Below, in pieces: positions 12,445-25,107 of a stretch of 64,000 nt of DNA. The notes below the pieces were generated by a model. It was given only the letters and a program-made list of their open reading frames with translations. It was not told the origin of the DNA and did no database searches. The position numbers were made by a program, and so were the translations under genes. The stretch lies in contig CM106586.1 of assembly GCA_048013815.1 (NCBI GenBank), forward strand, positions 12,276,001-12,340,000, given 5' to 3'. Source of the stretch: Setoptus koraiensis (Eukaryota; Animalia; Arthropoda). Numbering within the stretch: position 1 is the stretch's first letter; each line of letters begins with the position of its first letter.

Positions 12445-12903
12445 AATTTCGGCCCGAAAATTTCGGGCCGAAATTCACTCGGGCAGAATCGTTGTCTGAA
12501 CTTCAGACTGCAAAGTTCGCACCGAAAATGAGTCCGAAAATGCGCTCGAAAATGCGCTCGAAAACGCGCCCGAAAACGCGTCCGAAAATGTGCCTGAAAG
12601 TGTGCTCCGAGAATGCACCTGAAAATTGACTCTCGCTCCGGAGAATCACTCTGTGTAGAAATTTGAGGAAATCTGCAGGAAACTCAGGAGAGGAACACCG
12701 AAAAAAAAGCGCGAAAAAGGCGAAATTTCGGGCACGTTGGCACGACCAAGGAAATGGGCCCGAACTAAACTGGCTGTAACTTTGGAAATCGCCGGGGAGC
12801 GGCCGAACTGAAATTGAATGACGCGGGAATTGAATGAGGCCGAAACTCCGGCCGAAATTGAGTGGGGCCGAAATCGAATGGGGCCGAAATTTCGGCCGAA
12901 ATT
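12445..12903. repeat. Palindrome-bounded repeat cluster (GGCCGAAAT motif; internal 12-bp array)
   Basis: 31-bp palindrome aatttcggcccgaaa-a-tttcgggccgaaatt at 12445-12475; 16-bp palindrome ggccgaaatttcggcc at 12882-12897; ~9 degenerate 12-mers (gaaaatgcgctc) at ~12520-12625; several ggccgaaa copies at 12800-12900. Confidence 0.75.
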
Positions 12904-13429
12904 AGTTGGACGTGCGTCGGTGCATTTATATTTGCGGAGAGATAATTCAGGTATGGAGTTTTGGTTATTTTTAGCCGGTTTCACATGGATGCTTGCGGCA
13001 CATTGGCGACTGTCGCGCAGCTTGCGTTTGGCGGGTGCCGCTGCGGCCAGCGCAATCAAACTTTCAATTGCGCCCCCGACTGGAAGTGCGCGTGCATCTT
13101 GAAGCGCGTGTGCCCAGCCCACCGAAGCAGGCCGCACGGGCCCCAAAGTGGCCTGCATGCGGCCCGAAATGTGCGCCAATGTATGTATGCCAATGATGAG
13201 GGGCCAGTGATGAGGAGCGGCAATTTTGCGCACAAAATCCGCCCTCGACAGCCGACGTTGACAAGAGCACACAAGATGGCGCCGAAATTCGCGCTCGAGC
13301 TCTTAATCTAGAGCTGGCCAGCGGAACAGGAGCTTATTAGTGTGTGTGTGTGTGTGTGTGTGTGTGATGGCCGGCGGTTGGATTATGGCCGCAGCGCGGG
13401 GCAGAGAATTCATTCAGACTGTTTCGAGC

Positions 13430-13548
13430 GTTCCGACTGTCGCGACCATTTCGAGCGTTTCGACCATCGCGACCATTGCGAATATCGCGGCTGTTGCGAC
13501 TGTGGCGACCATTGCGACTGTGGCGACCATTGCGACTGTCGCCACTGC
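13430..13548. repeat. Degenerate 9-bp array (gcgaccatt / gcgactgtg)
   Basis: Read directly; it generates the VATVAMVAT shadow ORFs. Confidence 0.8.
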
Positions 13549-16500
13549 CAATGGCGACCAACGGGCCGCGCCGCGGCCGGGTGAATTGATGCGATCACTC
13601 GCAATTGGGGCCTGTCGTGCGGCCCGCGTTTGATTGACGTGCTGCGCCATTGGCTAGAGTGGCCGCGAGCGACTAAACCGAAAATACAATATTCGCCACC
13701 TAGACGCACCTCGTGTATGTGTAATTCGGCGTCGGCGAACGCTCGAATGTGACGCAACGGCGACGCCGGCAAGCGGCCAACGGCGAACGGTCAGCGGACG
13801 AATTGTCACAATTCATATCTGCCGGCGCGCGCCAGTTGAACTCTTTACAATTGCAACTTTTGCAACTCAACCGAACACAACTGAATAACTGCAGCAGTTA
13901 CGCCGCAAACTAATCATCGTTATTAAGCCGTGAGGCCCCACAGTTGTGCGGCATGCAATTCAACGGCAGTGCGCTCAGTGAAAACACCAACCAGTCGCAC
14001 CGAACGGTGAATACTCGCCACTCCAATTGGGCCCAACTAAAGAAATTAGAGCGCCACTGGCGGCTCATTAAGCAACAAAAAGCTCGTCTACATAATGCGC
14101 GACATGTTGTGTGTGTGTGTGTGTTATGTAATGTTGTTATGTTGCCTAGCGCCATCGGGCCCCATCAAACGCAAGCCATGCCAATTGCCACTAAACAAGA
14201 GCGCGCATCAAGAAACAATCTCCAGCCAGCTCTCCAACTAATCTAACTGATGCATAATCCCACGCAATCGCCGTGCACCTGTCGAGGCGCGCACCCCGGC
14301 GCGGTGCGGGCCCCAGTCTGCAAAACAGGTAGCGCACCTTGGGTAGCCAGCCAGCCTGCCTGCCTGCCTGCCTGTCTGACTGCCTTTTGCAGAGGTGTCC
14401 AGCGGCGTGTATTAGCAGATTGGGCAATTGAAAGTGCTTTGACAACTCACAACCGGGCTTACCGAAATGGCGCACACCTGTCACAATTGTTTTGCGAGCG
14501 ACAGTGTTGCGAGCGACAGAGGCCCCGACGCTAACAAGCGATTGCAAACCGCCAGCCAATCAATTTTGGCAATTTGGTCTGGCGCCAAAATTAAATTATT
14601 TTCAGCCGATCCTCGCCGACTTGGCGATGCCGCCGCGGCTCGGCCGCGAAATAATTTGCGAAAAGCTGACTGCGAAAAGGGAAAACCTTGGTGAAAAGGC
14701 GCAAAAGTTTTTTTCACAGCCAGCCTAACAGCGTTGTCGTGCGCACGGCGCCCGGCGACAGCATGTGGCGGCGCACAAAATCAATAGATGGTAATAGATT
14801 TTACATTTTGCTGCTGGGGCCCGTCTGGCCGGTTTGCACTACCACTTGTGCCATTTCGCCGATAGTACCGATACCGGCCGAGTGGGGCGACTTTTTATCT
14901 TGTTTCGTGCAGCACGCGCTGCAAATGACACACACTTCGACACACTTGTGCCAGCGACCCAAATTGACCATTGCAGTCGGCGTATCGGTGAATCGGTTCG
15001 GCTTGCATAGCCCGTTGACTCGCTGATGCAACTGGAAACATTTGGCCGAGCAGCATGGTGAATATCGCAGCCGAAATAGGCGCGCAAAAGAGCGAAACGC
15101 AACAAAATGTTGTTAAATTTGAGAGAGAGACAAGAGCAAAAAAAGAAGAGGCTTGACATCGGTTATTTATAGTTATCGTTAGCACGTATCATTTACTTAT
15201 CTGTCCAGGCCCACAAACGGGCCCCACTACTGGGCCCGCCGGTCATGTAGCGCGAGCGAGCCATTAGACAACAACGGCGACGCACATGAGACGCCGGGCA
15301 CGTCGCTGACAGTCGGTCAATCAAGCAATTAATCAAAATGACAGCACCAATAACAGCCAATAGACATTACGTAATCTCTTTGGGTGGCGCTGCCCATTTC
15401 TACCGCTACGGCGCTGTATGTTGGGCTTGTCCAGCCGCCGAGCCACCGATAGAGGGTGCCCCAAGCGAGCGCTAGAGCGCAATTGTCAAGCTTAATTATA
15501 TTGATAATCATGATTACATTTATCTTGATTTGAATTTGACGCCGGCGCCCTGCAGTTGCTCTAAATGAGCGCCAGAGCGCACTCTGTCCAGCGCTCAGGC
15601 CATTTCGGCCCCTCTGGCCCCTTCAACTGGTCGCGGCAGCTGCGGCGGCCCGTCGAGTGACGGCATCGAGTGGCTGAATGATGCAGAGCGACGACGTTTG
15701 TTATTGATTATGATCACTTGATTGATAGCTAAGTGCTGGCTGCAATCCGTGTGTGCGACGCTCTGGCTGCAGTGACAGCGGCGACGACACCGGCAACAAC
15801 CGCATTCATCGCCTCAAGTGAGTCGAGGGGCCCCACTGAGGCGACCCCTGTGCTCGGCGAGTGGCGACAGCGGCCAACAGAGGCGACCGATAACGCGACG
15901 AGGCGCGACAACAAGAACAAGAACAAGTTTGCCCGTCCGCACTTGTGCGCCATCCCGGCGCGCCCTGACAAAACCGCCAGACGACGCCACTAGTTACTCA
16001 CAGCTCACCTGGCGCCTCTGTAGCGTAACCAACGGGGTACTGACGCGTCATTGTTGGGCGCATTGGGCACTTTCTCGTGCGCTGCTATGACGCGCCCCAG
16101 GTAAATGACAATGCGCGCACAGGTGCCAGCATTGAATGATCGATCGGGCCCCACCAAGAGGCGCGCGCCATCTCGAGCGGGGCCCGTGTCTTGCCAAACA
16201 ATGCTGTCGTCGCCATTGGCGTCACCTTTGATGGCACCTCATGTATGAATAATACGCTCTAAGCTGGGGCCCGTCTAACGGCGCCGAATGAATTGAAGAT
16301 TAAGAGCGCATATCTCATTACTTGACAGGCGGATTGTGGTGGCGCGCGCAAGGTGTCGCGTTTCGATTGTGGCCACTTGGAGGCGCGCTCTATTTACTAT
16401 CGCTCTCACAGCGCGAACACTGTGCGAACGTTGGGGCCTGTCGAAAGATAAAACAGGCCCGTGCCAGTTGCTGCTGCTGGGCCGACAAGTGTGCGCAGCA

Positions 16501-16839
16501 ATCAGCCGCGTTCCACCACTCAGAGGCCCCAGTTTGCCGGGCCGCCAAATTGGCTCGCCCCGTTCATAGATGAATATTTTATATTTATCTGCGAATTGAA
16601 TGCCGGGGCCAGATTTTGCCTATTGGGTCCCTTTTCGCTGCCAGTCTCTGCTGGCAGTCGCTGATGCCAGTTTCAGCGGGGGCGCCGATTCGAGAGCGAG
16701 CGGCTTTTAATTCAACTTGAACTTGATGCTCTTTGACACTGTAACATGTCCCGCGGAGTCGCTTGCTCGAGCGAGCTGCCCGCACGCCGCACAACCGCAA
16801 GTGCGGTCGTTCGCTGTCGCCGGCAAACTCTCCCATTTC

Positions 16840-16928
16840 TGGCCTCTCGCTCGCTTGCGAACTCTTGAATTTGTGGCCTCTCGCTCGCTTGCGAACTCTT
16901 GAATTTGTGGCCTCTCGCTCGCTTGCGA
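16840..16928. repeat. 34-bp exact tandem repeat x2.6
   Basis: tggcctctcgctcgcttgcgaactcttgaatttg at 16840 and 16874, partial copy at 16908. Confidence 0.92.
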
Positions 16929-17615
16929 GACGAGACGAGACGAGTCAGACGAGCGGCCAGTGCAATGCCGTGTCAGCGCGCGTTTGTCAACTGCAACTGG
17001 CCCGGACAGGCGAGCTCGCTGGCCGATACGACGCTGAGGCCGACGCTCGTGTTTGCACGCCACCCAAGACAAATTGTGACCCAAATCACGTGCAAGCATT
17101 TTTGCCACGTAAGCAGCCAATTGGTGGCCTGGCGAGCGCTCTTTTCCGCTTTGCTGGCCACAGCAGTGGCCGACTGAGCGGCCGACAATTGCTGTTGAGG
17201 GCGGGCGGCGGGCCAAATGTGGCGCGCGAGCAACATTGGCAAAACGGCCCCAAATTGGCCAGTGGTCAGCGGTCGGCTGAGACGAAAAACAAGGGGCAAT
17301 ATTTTTGACAACAGCAACGACAACAACCACACCACGACGCAACGACAGCAACGACAACCACGACAACAACGACAACAACGACAACAACGACAACGAAACA
17401 AGTGGCCAACGTCGTGCGTACTGTGCACTATTGGCTATGCCGACTATATTAGCGACTGGTGGCGCTCGCTGTGTAATGATGTAATAACATTGTAGTTACA
17501 TTGCAGCTAATTACATGCCGTCCAATAATTTTGGGCCCGACCGAGACAAATCTCGGCCAAAACTATTGGACACAGTCGCGAGTGTGTGTGTATGTATAAT
17601 AATCGCCTAATTGAG

Positions 17616-17627
17616 TAGGGGGCGCTC
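17616..17627 (+). promoter_or_regulatory. CTCF-core-like motif TAGGGGGCGCTC
   Basis: Matches the AGRKGGCR core of the CTCF consensus; an identical 12-mer occurs at 22627-22638. Binding is not shown. Confidence 0.3.
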
Positions 17628-17861
17628 GTAATGAATGAAGCTCGCGCTCAGTGCAAAGAGGCTGCAGATGCATGGCGTATGAGCAAGTGATTAATGAGAG
17701 CGGCGCCGATGCAATCAACAATATCTACCATTATTTGCTTGTTGCCAGTTGCTGGCGCCAGCCACTTAGCAACGGGCCCGCATAAGCTGTTTTGTATGCT
17801 GTTTCATACACTTTGTATATTGTGTGGGCCCCTTGCAGCGCACTGGCCGGCCGGCTCAATT

Positions 17862-17920
17862 CGAGCGGGCCCAACTCGAGCGGGCCCAACTGGAGCGGGC
17901 TCAACTCGAGTGAACTCAAC
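17862..17920. repeat. 15-bp tandem repeat x~4 (tcgagcgggcccaac)
   Basis: Read directly. Confidence 0.8.
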
Positions 17921-18370
17921 TGAGCGCCAACAACACAGATTAAGAGTCTCGATGGTGGCAGTGGCAGCCTGTTGTTGCGACGCCAAGAATTATGTAATCA
18001 TTATTATTAAATCAGATCCGCTGTGTTTGTAAAAACACAGCGCCGTGCTTGTAAAAACAAGCACTTTCTGGCAACTTGCCACCAGTAACTACTGGCGACT
18101 GTCTTATTGTTACAACATGACAATAATTAATCATTTCAATTGGGTTCCTCGTGCCACCTGTCACACTCCGGCCCGCTCGCCAGCAGTGTCAGTGGCGCCC
18201 ATCATCTTGCGCGCTGTGTCAGATGATGCAACTTGCTGCCACTTGCGATACTTGCTGCCACACATTTGTTTGTTATCTGCTGCCAACAAACGCAACGGGT
18301 CGCTAATTGTGCCAGCCAGTCTCAAGTTTCCTTCTCTGCTCGCTGTCTCCCGTTTCTGCTGCTGCCGCCG

Positions 18371-18489
18371 CTCCCATACAGGCTCCCACACAAGCCTCCA
18401 CACAAGCCTCCACACAAGCCTCCACACAAGCCTCCACACAAGCCTCCACACAAGCTCCCACGCAAGCTCCCACACAAGCTCCCACACAA
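18371..18489. repeat. 12-bp tandem repeat x~10 (cctccacacaag / ctcccacacaag)
   Basis: Read directly. Confidence 0.9.
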
Positions 18490-19064
18490 ACAAGAGCGTG
18501 GGCCCCACTTCCGCTGCGCGCCGCGACAACTGGCCCTGCGCCCGTCGCCCGCCGCCCGCCCTCGGCTTTGACCCCGCTGATGACCCCGCACGGAGCGGAT
18601 AAATCAGTGCTGGCTCGCTCGTGCTGCTGGCCAGCGTGAGTAAGCTCATTATTTGTCACGACAATCATTAATAATGCATCATTTGCATATAGAAACATTG
18701 TTTTATTGCCGCTGTTGTCGGTGCTGGTGGCATCGTTGTCGCTGCTGCTAGGCGGTATTGCTGTTGCGGCTTGGGCCGCATACTGGGCACACAACATGGC
18801 TTGGGCCTCACCATCCGCATGCTGTAAGTGTGTGGGCCGGACCTGGGCGCGACATGAAGCCACCTCTTCCGTTTCTCTACAAAATTGTTTGTGTGTTTGT
18901 GTGTCGTGATGATGCACCGCGTATATAAACGTAATAGTGGTGCGTAATGCAGGCCCCACTGGCCCGGTCGCCGTCGACGCTGGCGACGCTGGCGATAATA
19001 ATCTTGGCCCCCATTGTGGGGCCACTATGCGCCGCTGCTGGATGGCGGATGGCGGTTCCATTGT

Positions 19065-19119
19065 TCGCAAGCGACGCATTATAAGCAAGCAACGCATTAT
19101 AAGCAAGCAACGCGTATAA
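19065..19119. repeat. 18-bp tandem repeat x3 (gcaagcaacgcattataa)
   Basis: Read directly. Confidence 0.8.
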
Positions 19120-20312
19120 TGGCCATAATATGTTGTGGGCCGCATCAGTCGCGCTCATGATCAAATAAATATCATCGTGGCCCACGATATTTATTTGATA
19201 TTTATATGTGTGTGTCACAGGTGAACCGACCCTCGCTGCCGCTGCACCCACAAAAGCCAGTGGAGGCAGCACAATACAAGAGCAAGTTTCTGTTGAGTTG
19301 CTATCGTGCTGCGTGCACAACAATATTGTGACATAATATCCAATATCCGTTCATTCGCGCTTCTATTTCCAACAGACCAAGCTGCTCTTTCAGCTTTGCT
19401 GCGATGCCTTCTGACCTGATTGCCGGCCCCAAAAAGCGGCCAAAATAAGCGCCGGACAGCAGGTGTTTTGTGGCTGGTGGCACAAGTCACGGCAATTGGT
19501 TGGTTGGCTGGTTGGCTGGTTCGTTGGTTGTGCTGGGCCAGTAGTATCAATACAATGATATCATGATGGTGATGATATGACATGATATGCAAATGAGATT
19601 AGATATTGGACCAAGTTCACACTGATCAGAGACAATGACACTTATCAGGTTAGCATTATGGAAACCGCACGCAAGCCACGTAACAACACACTTCGCATTA
19701 ATTAGCGTTGCCAAGTAATGACACACTCACGACACAAAAATCGTCACGGTCTTGGTGCATCTTGGCGACCTACAAAGAACTGACTTGGTTTCGCTTTAGT
19801 TGCTAGTCGCTAGTTGCAGTGCGCCAGTCACCACCAGCAACTAGCAACTGGCAAAAATCTCACCTGTCCACCGTAACCAACAAAGAATGGGCACAAGCTT
19901 GCGATTGTGAGCTGCAGTGCAACCGATGCTCACTAGTGGGTACCGCTATAATCTTGATTAGTCCACTAGACTGGATTATGTTTGTTGTGCCAACACCTGT
20001 CTACATGGGTTGCCATTCAGCGGGGGCCGGCCTCGGTCTATGTGTTGACGCAAACCGTTGTGTACGACTTTGGGTACATGTGACAGCTAAACACGCATTT
20101 CACAACTACCGGCCAGATGGATTGTTGATAGAAACGGAAACAGTGGCCCCATTATTAGACGCACTAACTTCATCAAGGTAATCAACTAGAAAATCAACTA
20201 AAGCCACTTGCGCCAGCTTGGATGGCGCCTAAATGGGGCATACAGATACCCCTGAGTCGAGCACGGACATATATCACACACAACCAACCTAGTGCTCTTA
20301 GGGGTCCATAGT

Positions 20313-20315
<3 letters not shown>

Positions 20316-20344
<29 letters not shown>
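20316..20344. repeat. (AT)n microsatellite near the compositional boundary
   Basis: Read directly. Confidence 0.95.
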
Positions 20345-20346
<2 letters not shown>

Positions 20347-21639
20347 ATTTCAGTTAGTGCTAGGTGCCACCACTGATGCCGTGGCAAGAAATAGACCATA
20401 CATCTTTGTTGACTCTCGTTGTACTGTAATTACATGTCATGTCAAATGTACATTATCCTCTTCAATACATAGTGCTGTCATAGAACGAGACTTCCACTCT
20501 TCTGGGGATTCTCTATCTCTCTTTGCCACCTTGTTTATTCTCTCCATTCTCGCTACAGAACACAGTGGACAATCCACTTTAGCCAGTGCAGCTTATTCAT
20601 TTGCAGCACTTGTAACGATTCCTAGCTGACCATTACAGTTACAACTGAGTCACAGGGTAATCACTGTTTTTAATCACTGTTTTTTGTTTTTTGGTGCTTT
20701 GGCTGTATACAACCACCAATTGCCACAGATGCTACCAACACTGTTACACATTTGAAAGAGCTGACGTAGAGGTCAAACACCAATCGACAACGAAACTCCC
20801 AACAGTGTCCGAGCTAGTTTATATGAATGTTCAAGCGGCTAACACTGGAGTTTCGTGGAAATGGCAAAGTAAAAATACAAAAGCGACCAAATTGAATTTC
20901 ACTAATGGAACTCTTTCGAACGAGACGAATAATGGGGCCATTATATTTGATCAACAACTAACAAGCACACCCGCTCAGCTCATTCAGCTCATGCTTTTGT
21001 CCATAGACGAGTAGAAAAAATAAACAGATGAAATAGATAATGTTAGCTTGGCCAACATTTCGTCTAGATACTAGCGACATATCATGTAGCAGCTATCGGA
21101 TGAATTGAATGAATTCAACTACAACAAGTGGTCAGAAAGTAGTATCAAGAAGCTTGACCGATAAAATACTTTCATTGAATAATGCTTTTACCAGTGATTG
21201 AAAGTATTTCCCTATAAGATTCATGTATACTATGAATTTGTATCGACAATTGCGACCTTTTGACCGCGTATTGATTTGTGCCATGTAGCTATTGAGGCCG
21301 TGCGATTGCATGATGATACGGATAAAGATCTCAGTCGTTTTGTCAACGCTTGAGCTTCACCCATATCCTTTAACGGGTGTCCAACCAAATAGTATGTCAC
21401 GAATTTCGGAGGAAGAAACTTACAGAAAAGTTCGGATATTTCTATACCATCCAGCAATAATCTCAAGTCAAAAGATCCACATCCGGATAGTATAGAATAG
21501 AATTTTTTAGTATCGAAACTTTGATATAAAATTCGACCAGAGCTGATGTGCTGACATGTGAATTATTTAACTGTATAACATACAAAAATGTTTATGTTAG
21601 TTCAATCAAACATTGAAAGGATTAATGATCTGATGCTGA

Positions 21640-22438
21640 CTACTTGATCACTAGAGAATCTTGTGTAATTTGACGTAATTGCTTTATGGTACCCTCTATA
21701 TCGTGAGATTGTGTTATTGCTGTACCCGAAACAATCATATTTGCCCCCGCCTTGGCACACTGGCCAACGTTGCTTGGACCAACTCCTCCGTCCACCTCGA
21801 TATCTAAGATTTTATTGATGTGAAGCGATAAACCGAGTAGAGGTTTGATTAGTGGTTACACACAACTAAAATTGAAGCGTATTTTTCATACTCATTGTGA
21901 TCCTCAGGCATAGCTTACCTAATTTGGGGTACTTGGCCCTGATCTGAGACACTTTCGGCATCATGTCAGACATGAATTTTTGTCCGCCAAAACCAGGTTC
22001 GACAGTCATAACTAGAACCATGTCGACTTTATTAATGTAAGGCATTATAACATCAACGCTAGTTGTAGGCTTGATAGCTAATCCTGCTCGCATTCCAGTC
22101 TCTTTAATCTTGCGTATAATTGACTCTTGATCTTGAGTTGATTCGTAGTGATAAGTATACTGAGAGCAGCCAGCGTCAGCCATCGACTCGATCCATCTTG
22201 ATGGTTCAGCTACCATCATGTGAACATCAAAAAAAGTTTGCGGTCCCAGGTCCCTTCTTAGACATTTAACCATTGTGTGTCCAAATGTTAAATTAGGAAC
22301 AAAATGTCCATCCATTACATCGAGATGTAAATAATCCGCTCCGCAATCTAACAGGTGACGCGACTCTTCAGACAATTTGGCTAGATTTGAGTTCAGAATA
22401 GAGGGACCAATTTTGGCCTTTAATTGTTTTGTAGACAT
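21640..22438 (-). CDS. RPE: Ribulose-phosphate 3-epimerase; exons 22438-21919 and 21803-21640 (227 aa)
   Basis: Motifs HLDVMDGHFVPNLTFG, FDVHMMV and VMTVEPGFGGQKF. GTAAGC...TAG intron 21918-21804 restores KL-D-IEVDGGVGPSN...GANMIVSGTAI; spliced length 684 nt is in frame. Confidence 0.96.
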
Positions 22439-22626
22439 ATTGTTATCGGATGATTAAATTACTATCAAAAATTCCTGAGAGATGACAAGAGTGATTTGCC
22501 CTTGGTAACTGGTGAATATCAACGCCGATATGTGTGTCTCTCATCACTTGTTTTTGATTTGTTTTCCTTGTTTTTCAAGACGCCGCTTACCAATGAATCA
22601 CATATTAAGGAAAGATGTTAATCTGA

Positions 22627-22638
22627 TAGGGGGCGCTC
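22627..22638 (+). promoter_or_regulatory. CTCF-core-like motif TAGGGGGCGCTC upstream of RPE
   Basis: Identical to 17616-17627. Confidence 0.3.
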
Positions 22639-22957
22639 CAAGTCGACTCGTCGTGTAAAGGTGATGATATGAAATTCATATCTCATTAATGATAACAGAT
22701 TTGTGGTAAGCTTGTTGTGGCGTGGATTCAATTGGATAGCCATAAATACAATAACTTATGTATATATGTTTGTTTTCAACGCGAGAGAGTAGGATTAGTA
22801 AGATCGAAAAAAGGCTTGAGGCAATTTTTTCTTTCAGTATCGCAAGAAATCAATCTATAAATTATGATTCTATGATGGTTATTTTATAAATATATATATG
22901 TTTATATAGTTATATAAATGTATATTATCTACTCCGCTAGAATGTTGGCCACAATAT

Positions 22958-25107
22958 CTATTCTGGCTCTGGAGGCGGCTGTGCATTTTGCTGTGGTTGC
23001 TGTGTCGGTTCAGGTGGACGGCTTGGTTGGGGTCGTTGCTGGGGGCGCACTTGATCTTGTTGTGGTCGCTGTTGAGCTTGAGGGTGTCCAGCTTGGGGTG
23101 GCACAGGTCGTCTAAAGCAAAGCATCACAGCTATTAGAATAGCTAATATAGTTATCACATAAACATCCCATTCGTCACCTAGTATGACAGATAGATTAAG
23201 ATGACCAAGTGCAGATTCGGTTAGATCTGCAAAACTCATTGAGTTAACTGCTTCCCAAAGATATAGTGCCTTCAACTTGATTTTAACCAAAGCTACAGGC
23301 ACTTGGGCGTCATTGCTAGTTTCAGCCGCTAAATCATAGTATCTCTGGGCCAAATGAATATCGCGCTTTAATCCTAGGCCTTGTTCGTGCATATATCCTA
23401 AATTGAAGAATGCTTGGGCATTCTTTAATTGTTCTGATGCAATCCTGTAATGACTAGCAGCAGCCTCATAATCAACTTTTGTGCCTTGGCCATAGTAATG
23501 ATGATCACCTAGTTTCAATCTGGCGATTGGGTAATTTTGCGCTGCTGATCTAGCCCAATACATGAGCGCTCTTGAGTAGGTTTGATTTTGATCAAACAAA
23601 GTAGAAACTTCCTGGCGATCTAGTATAAAAGCTGCATTACTTTGTGCAACTTCATAACCTAATTCTGATAGGAATGCATAACCGATAAAGGCTTTATCAC
23701 TGTGACCCTCTCTTAGGTCACTATGGGCTTGCATAAGTCTAGTGCCCCAGTTGCCTCGCTCGGCAACATTTTTCAGTAATTCAGTGGCAACGCCGCAATC
23801 TCGGATAGTTCCGGTACCGGTGGCGTGCATTTGAGCCAAGTTATAGAATCCGAGCACATGACCATATTTAGACGAATCTTCAAAATACTTGTAGGCTTTC
23901 TTAAAGTCCTTTTCGACTCCCAATCCTTTGTAGTACATGATGCCTAAATGCAGCTGGCCGTCCATCCAATTTTGTTTTGCTGCATCCTCAAAATGTTTCA
24001 TGGCCTTAGCATAGTCTTTCTCCACACCTTTTCCTTCTAGATACATAATGCCTAGGCCACTTTGTCCAACGGGGTTTCCTTTCTCTGCAGCCGATCGAAA
24101 ATATTGCAAGGCCTTAGTGTAATCTTGCTCAACAGCTGTTCCACCCTCCATATACATCTACATTGATAATAAAAAAATAAGTTATTTTGATAAATGTAAA
24201 TTTATATTTAACATCCCCAAGAATAGATGTTCAATGAATAGATAATAAAATCACTTACCTTGCCTAAATAGGCCATTGCGTTGACATTTCCCGCATCGGC
24301 GGCTTGCTGGAAATAAATGGATGCCTTGTTGTGATCTTTTTCTAGACCTCGCGCGCCCTGAAAATGCAATTGTCCCAGACCTACTTGTGCTTGTACGTCA
24401 CCTTTGTCAGCTAAAAACTGGTAGTATTGTATGAGATCTTCATCCACAATTGGTGAGAATGAACCAGGATTTTCGTGTTCATCATATAATCTTATTCTAT
24501 GTATTATACTAGCTTTGCTAAATGAGAATTCTTCTTCAACTTTCTTAGCAACTCTCCTATACCATTTGAGTGATGATTCACAGTTCTGATAGACGCTTAT
24601 GCCTCCCCAGTATCTATAGGCCAAGGCCATTTGCGCAAATATATTGCCACCGGCGGCCGCAAATGTATAATAGAGCATGGCTTTGGCTTGACTAGCTTGA
24701 ACGCCTAAACCGGCAGCGTACATAAATCCCAAATACATTTGAGCCACGGAACTGCCATTCCTGGACAATTCCTCAAGCAGACCCTGCGCCAATTGGAAAT
24801 CGATCTTGTGATCATGACCGAACAGGTAAGACTCAGCCAATAACTCTTGGCTCCTTGTATAGTTACTAGTTACAATATCTGTAGTTTTTGTCTCAGGTTT
24901 TGTTTGTATAGGTTCATAGGATGGCTCCGACGACGAATATGATTGCTGCTGCTGCTGCGGTTGCTTGCTCTCGGGCAGCTGCTGTTGTTTCTGATCTAAC
25001 AGTGTCTCAAGATTTTGTGGCTCGTCTTCTTCCTTTGGAGGTTCCTTAGTTACAGCTGCCACCAGTTGAAAACAAAGTAAAAGAATAATATGTGATGTGA
25101 AATTCAT
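22958..25107 (-). CDS. SEL1L: Protein sel-1 homolog (SEL1L/Hrd3, ERAD); exons 25107-24259 and 24157-22958 (682 aa)
   Basis: Signal peptide, multiple SEL1 repeats (AQVGLGQLHFQG, GQSGLGIMYLEG, NVAERG, LKLGDHHYYG), C-terminal TM EWDVYVITILAILIAVML and P/Q tail. Intron 24258-24158 (GTAAGT...TAG, 101 nt) joins the two ORFs in frame. Confidence 0.96.

Noticed and set aside
15615-15635. miR-133-like TGGCCCCTTCAAC
   Set aside because: Seed mismatch and no complementary star arm.
16840-16928. 34-bp direct repeats as a CRISPR array
   Set aside because: Head-to-tail copies without spacers, no cas genes, and a eukaryotic context.
3354-19592. More than 150 short ORFs in the track across the non-coding domain, including 12646-13272 (208 aa), 8981-9562, 16707-17393 and 18303-19145
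   Set aside because: They overlap in all frames, are built from microsatellite or minisatellite shadows (poly-C/V/L, HTSL, VATVA), often start at non-ATG codons, and show no recognisable domain.
19800-21500. Coding-looking fragments (20691-21014 plus; 19819-20181; minus-strand exon-like APSKLAQVALVDFLVDYLDEV; frame continuing past 21014)
   Set aside because: I could not build a consistent spliced model; stop density beyond 21014 is about what random AT-rich DNA gives; no family recognised. Left unannotated.
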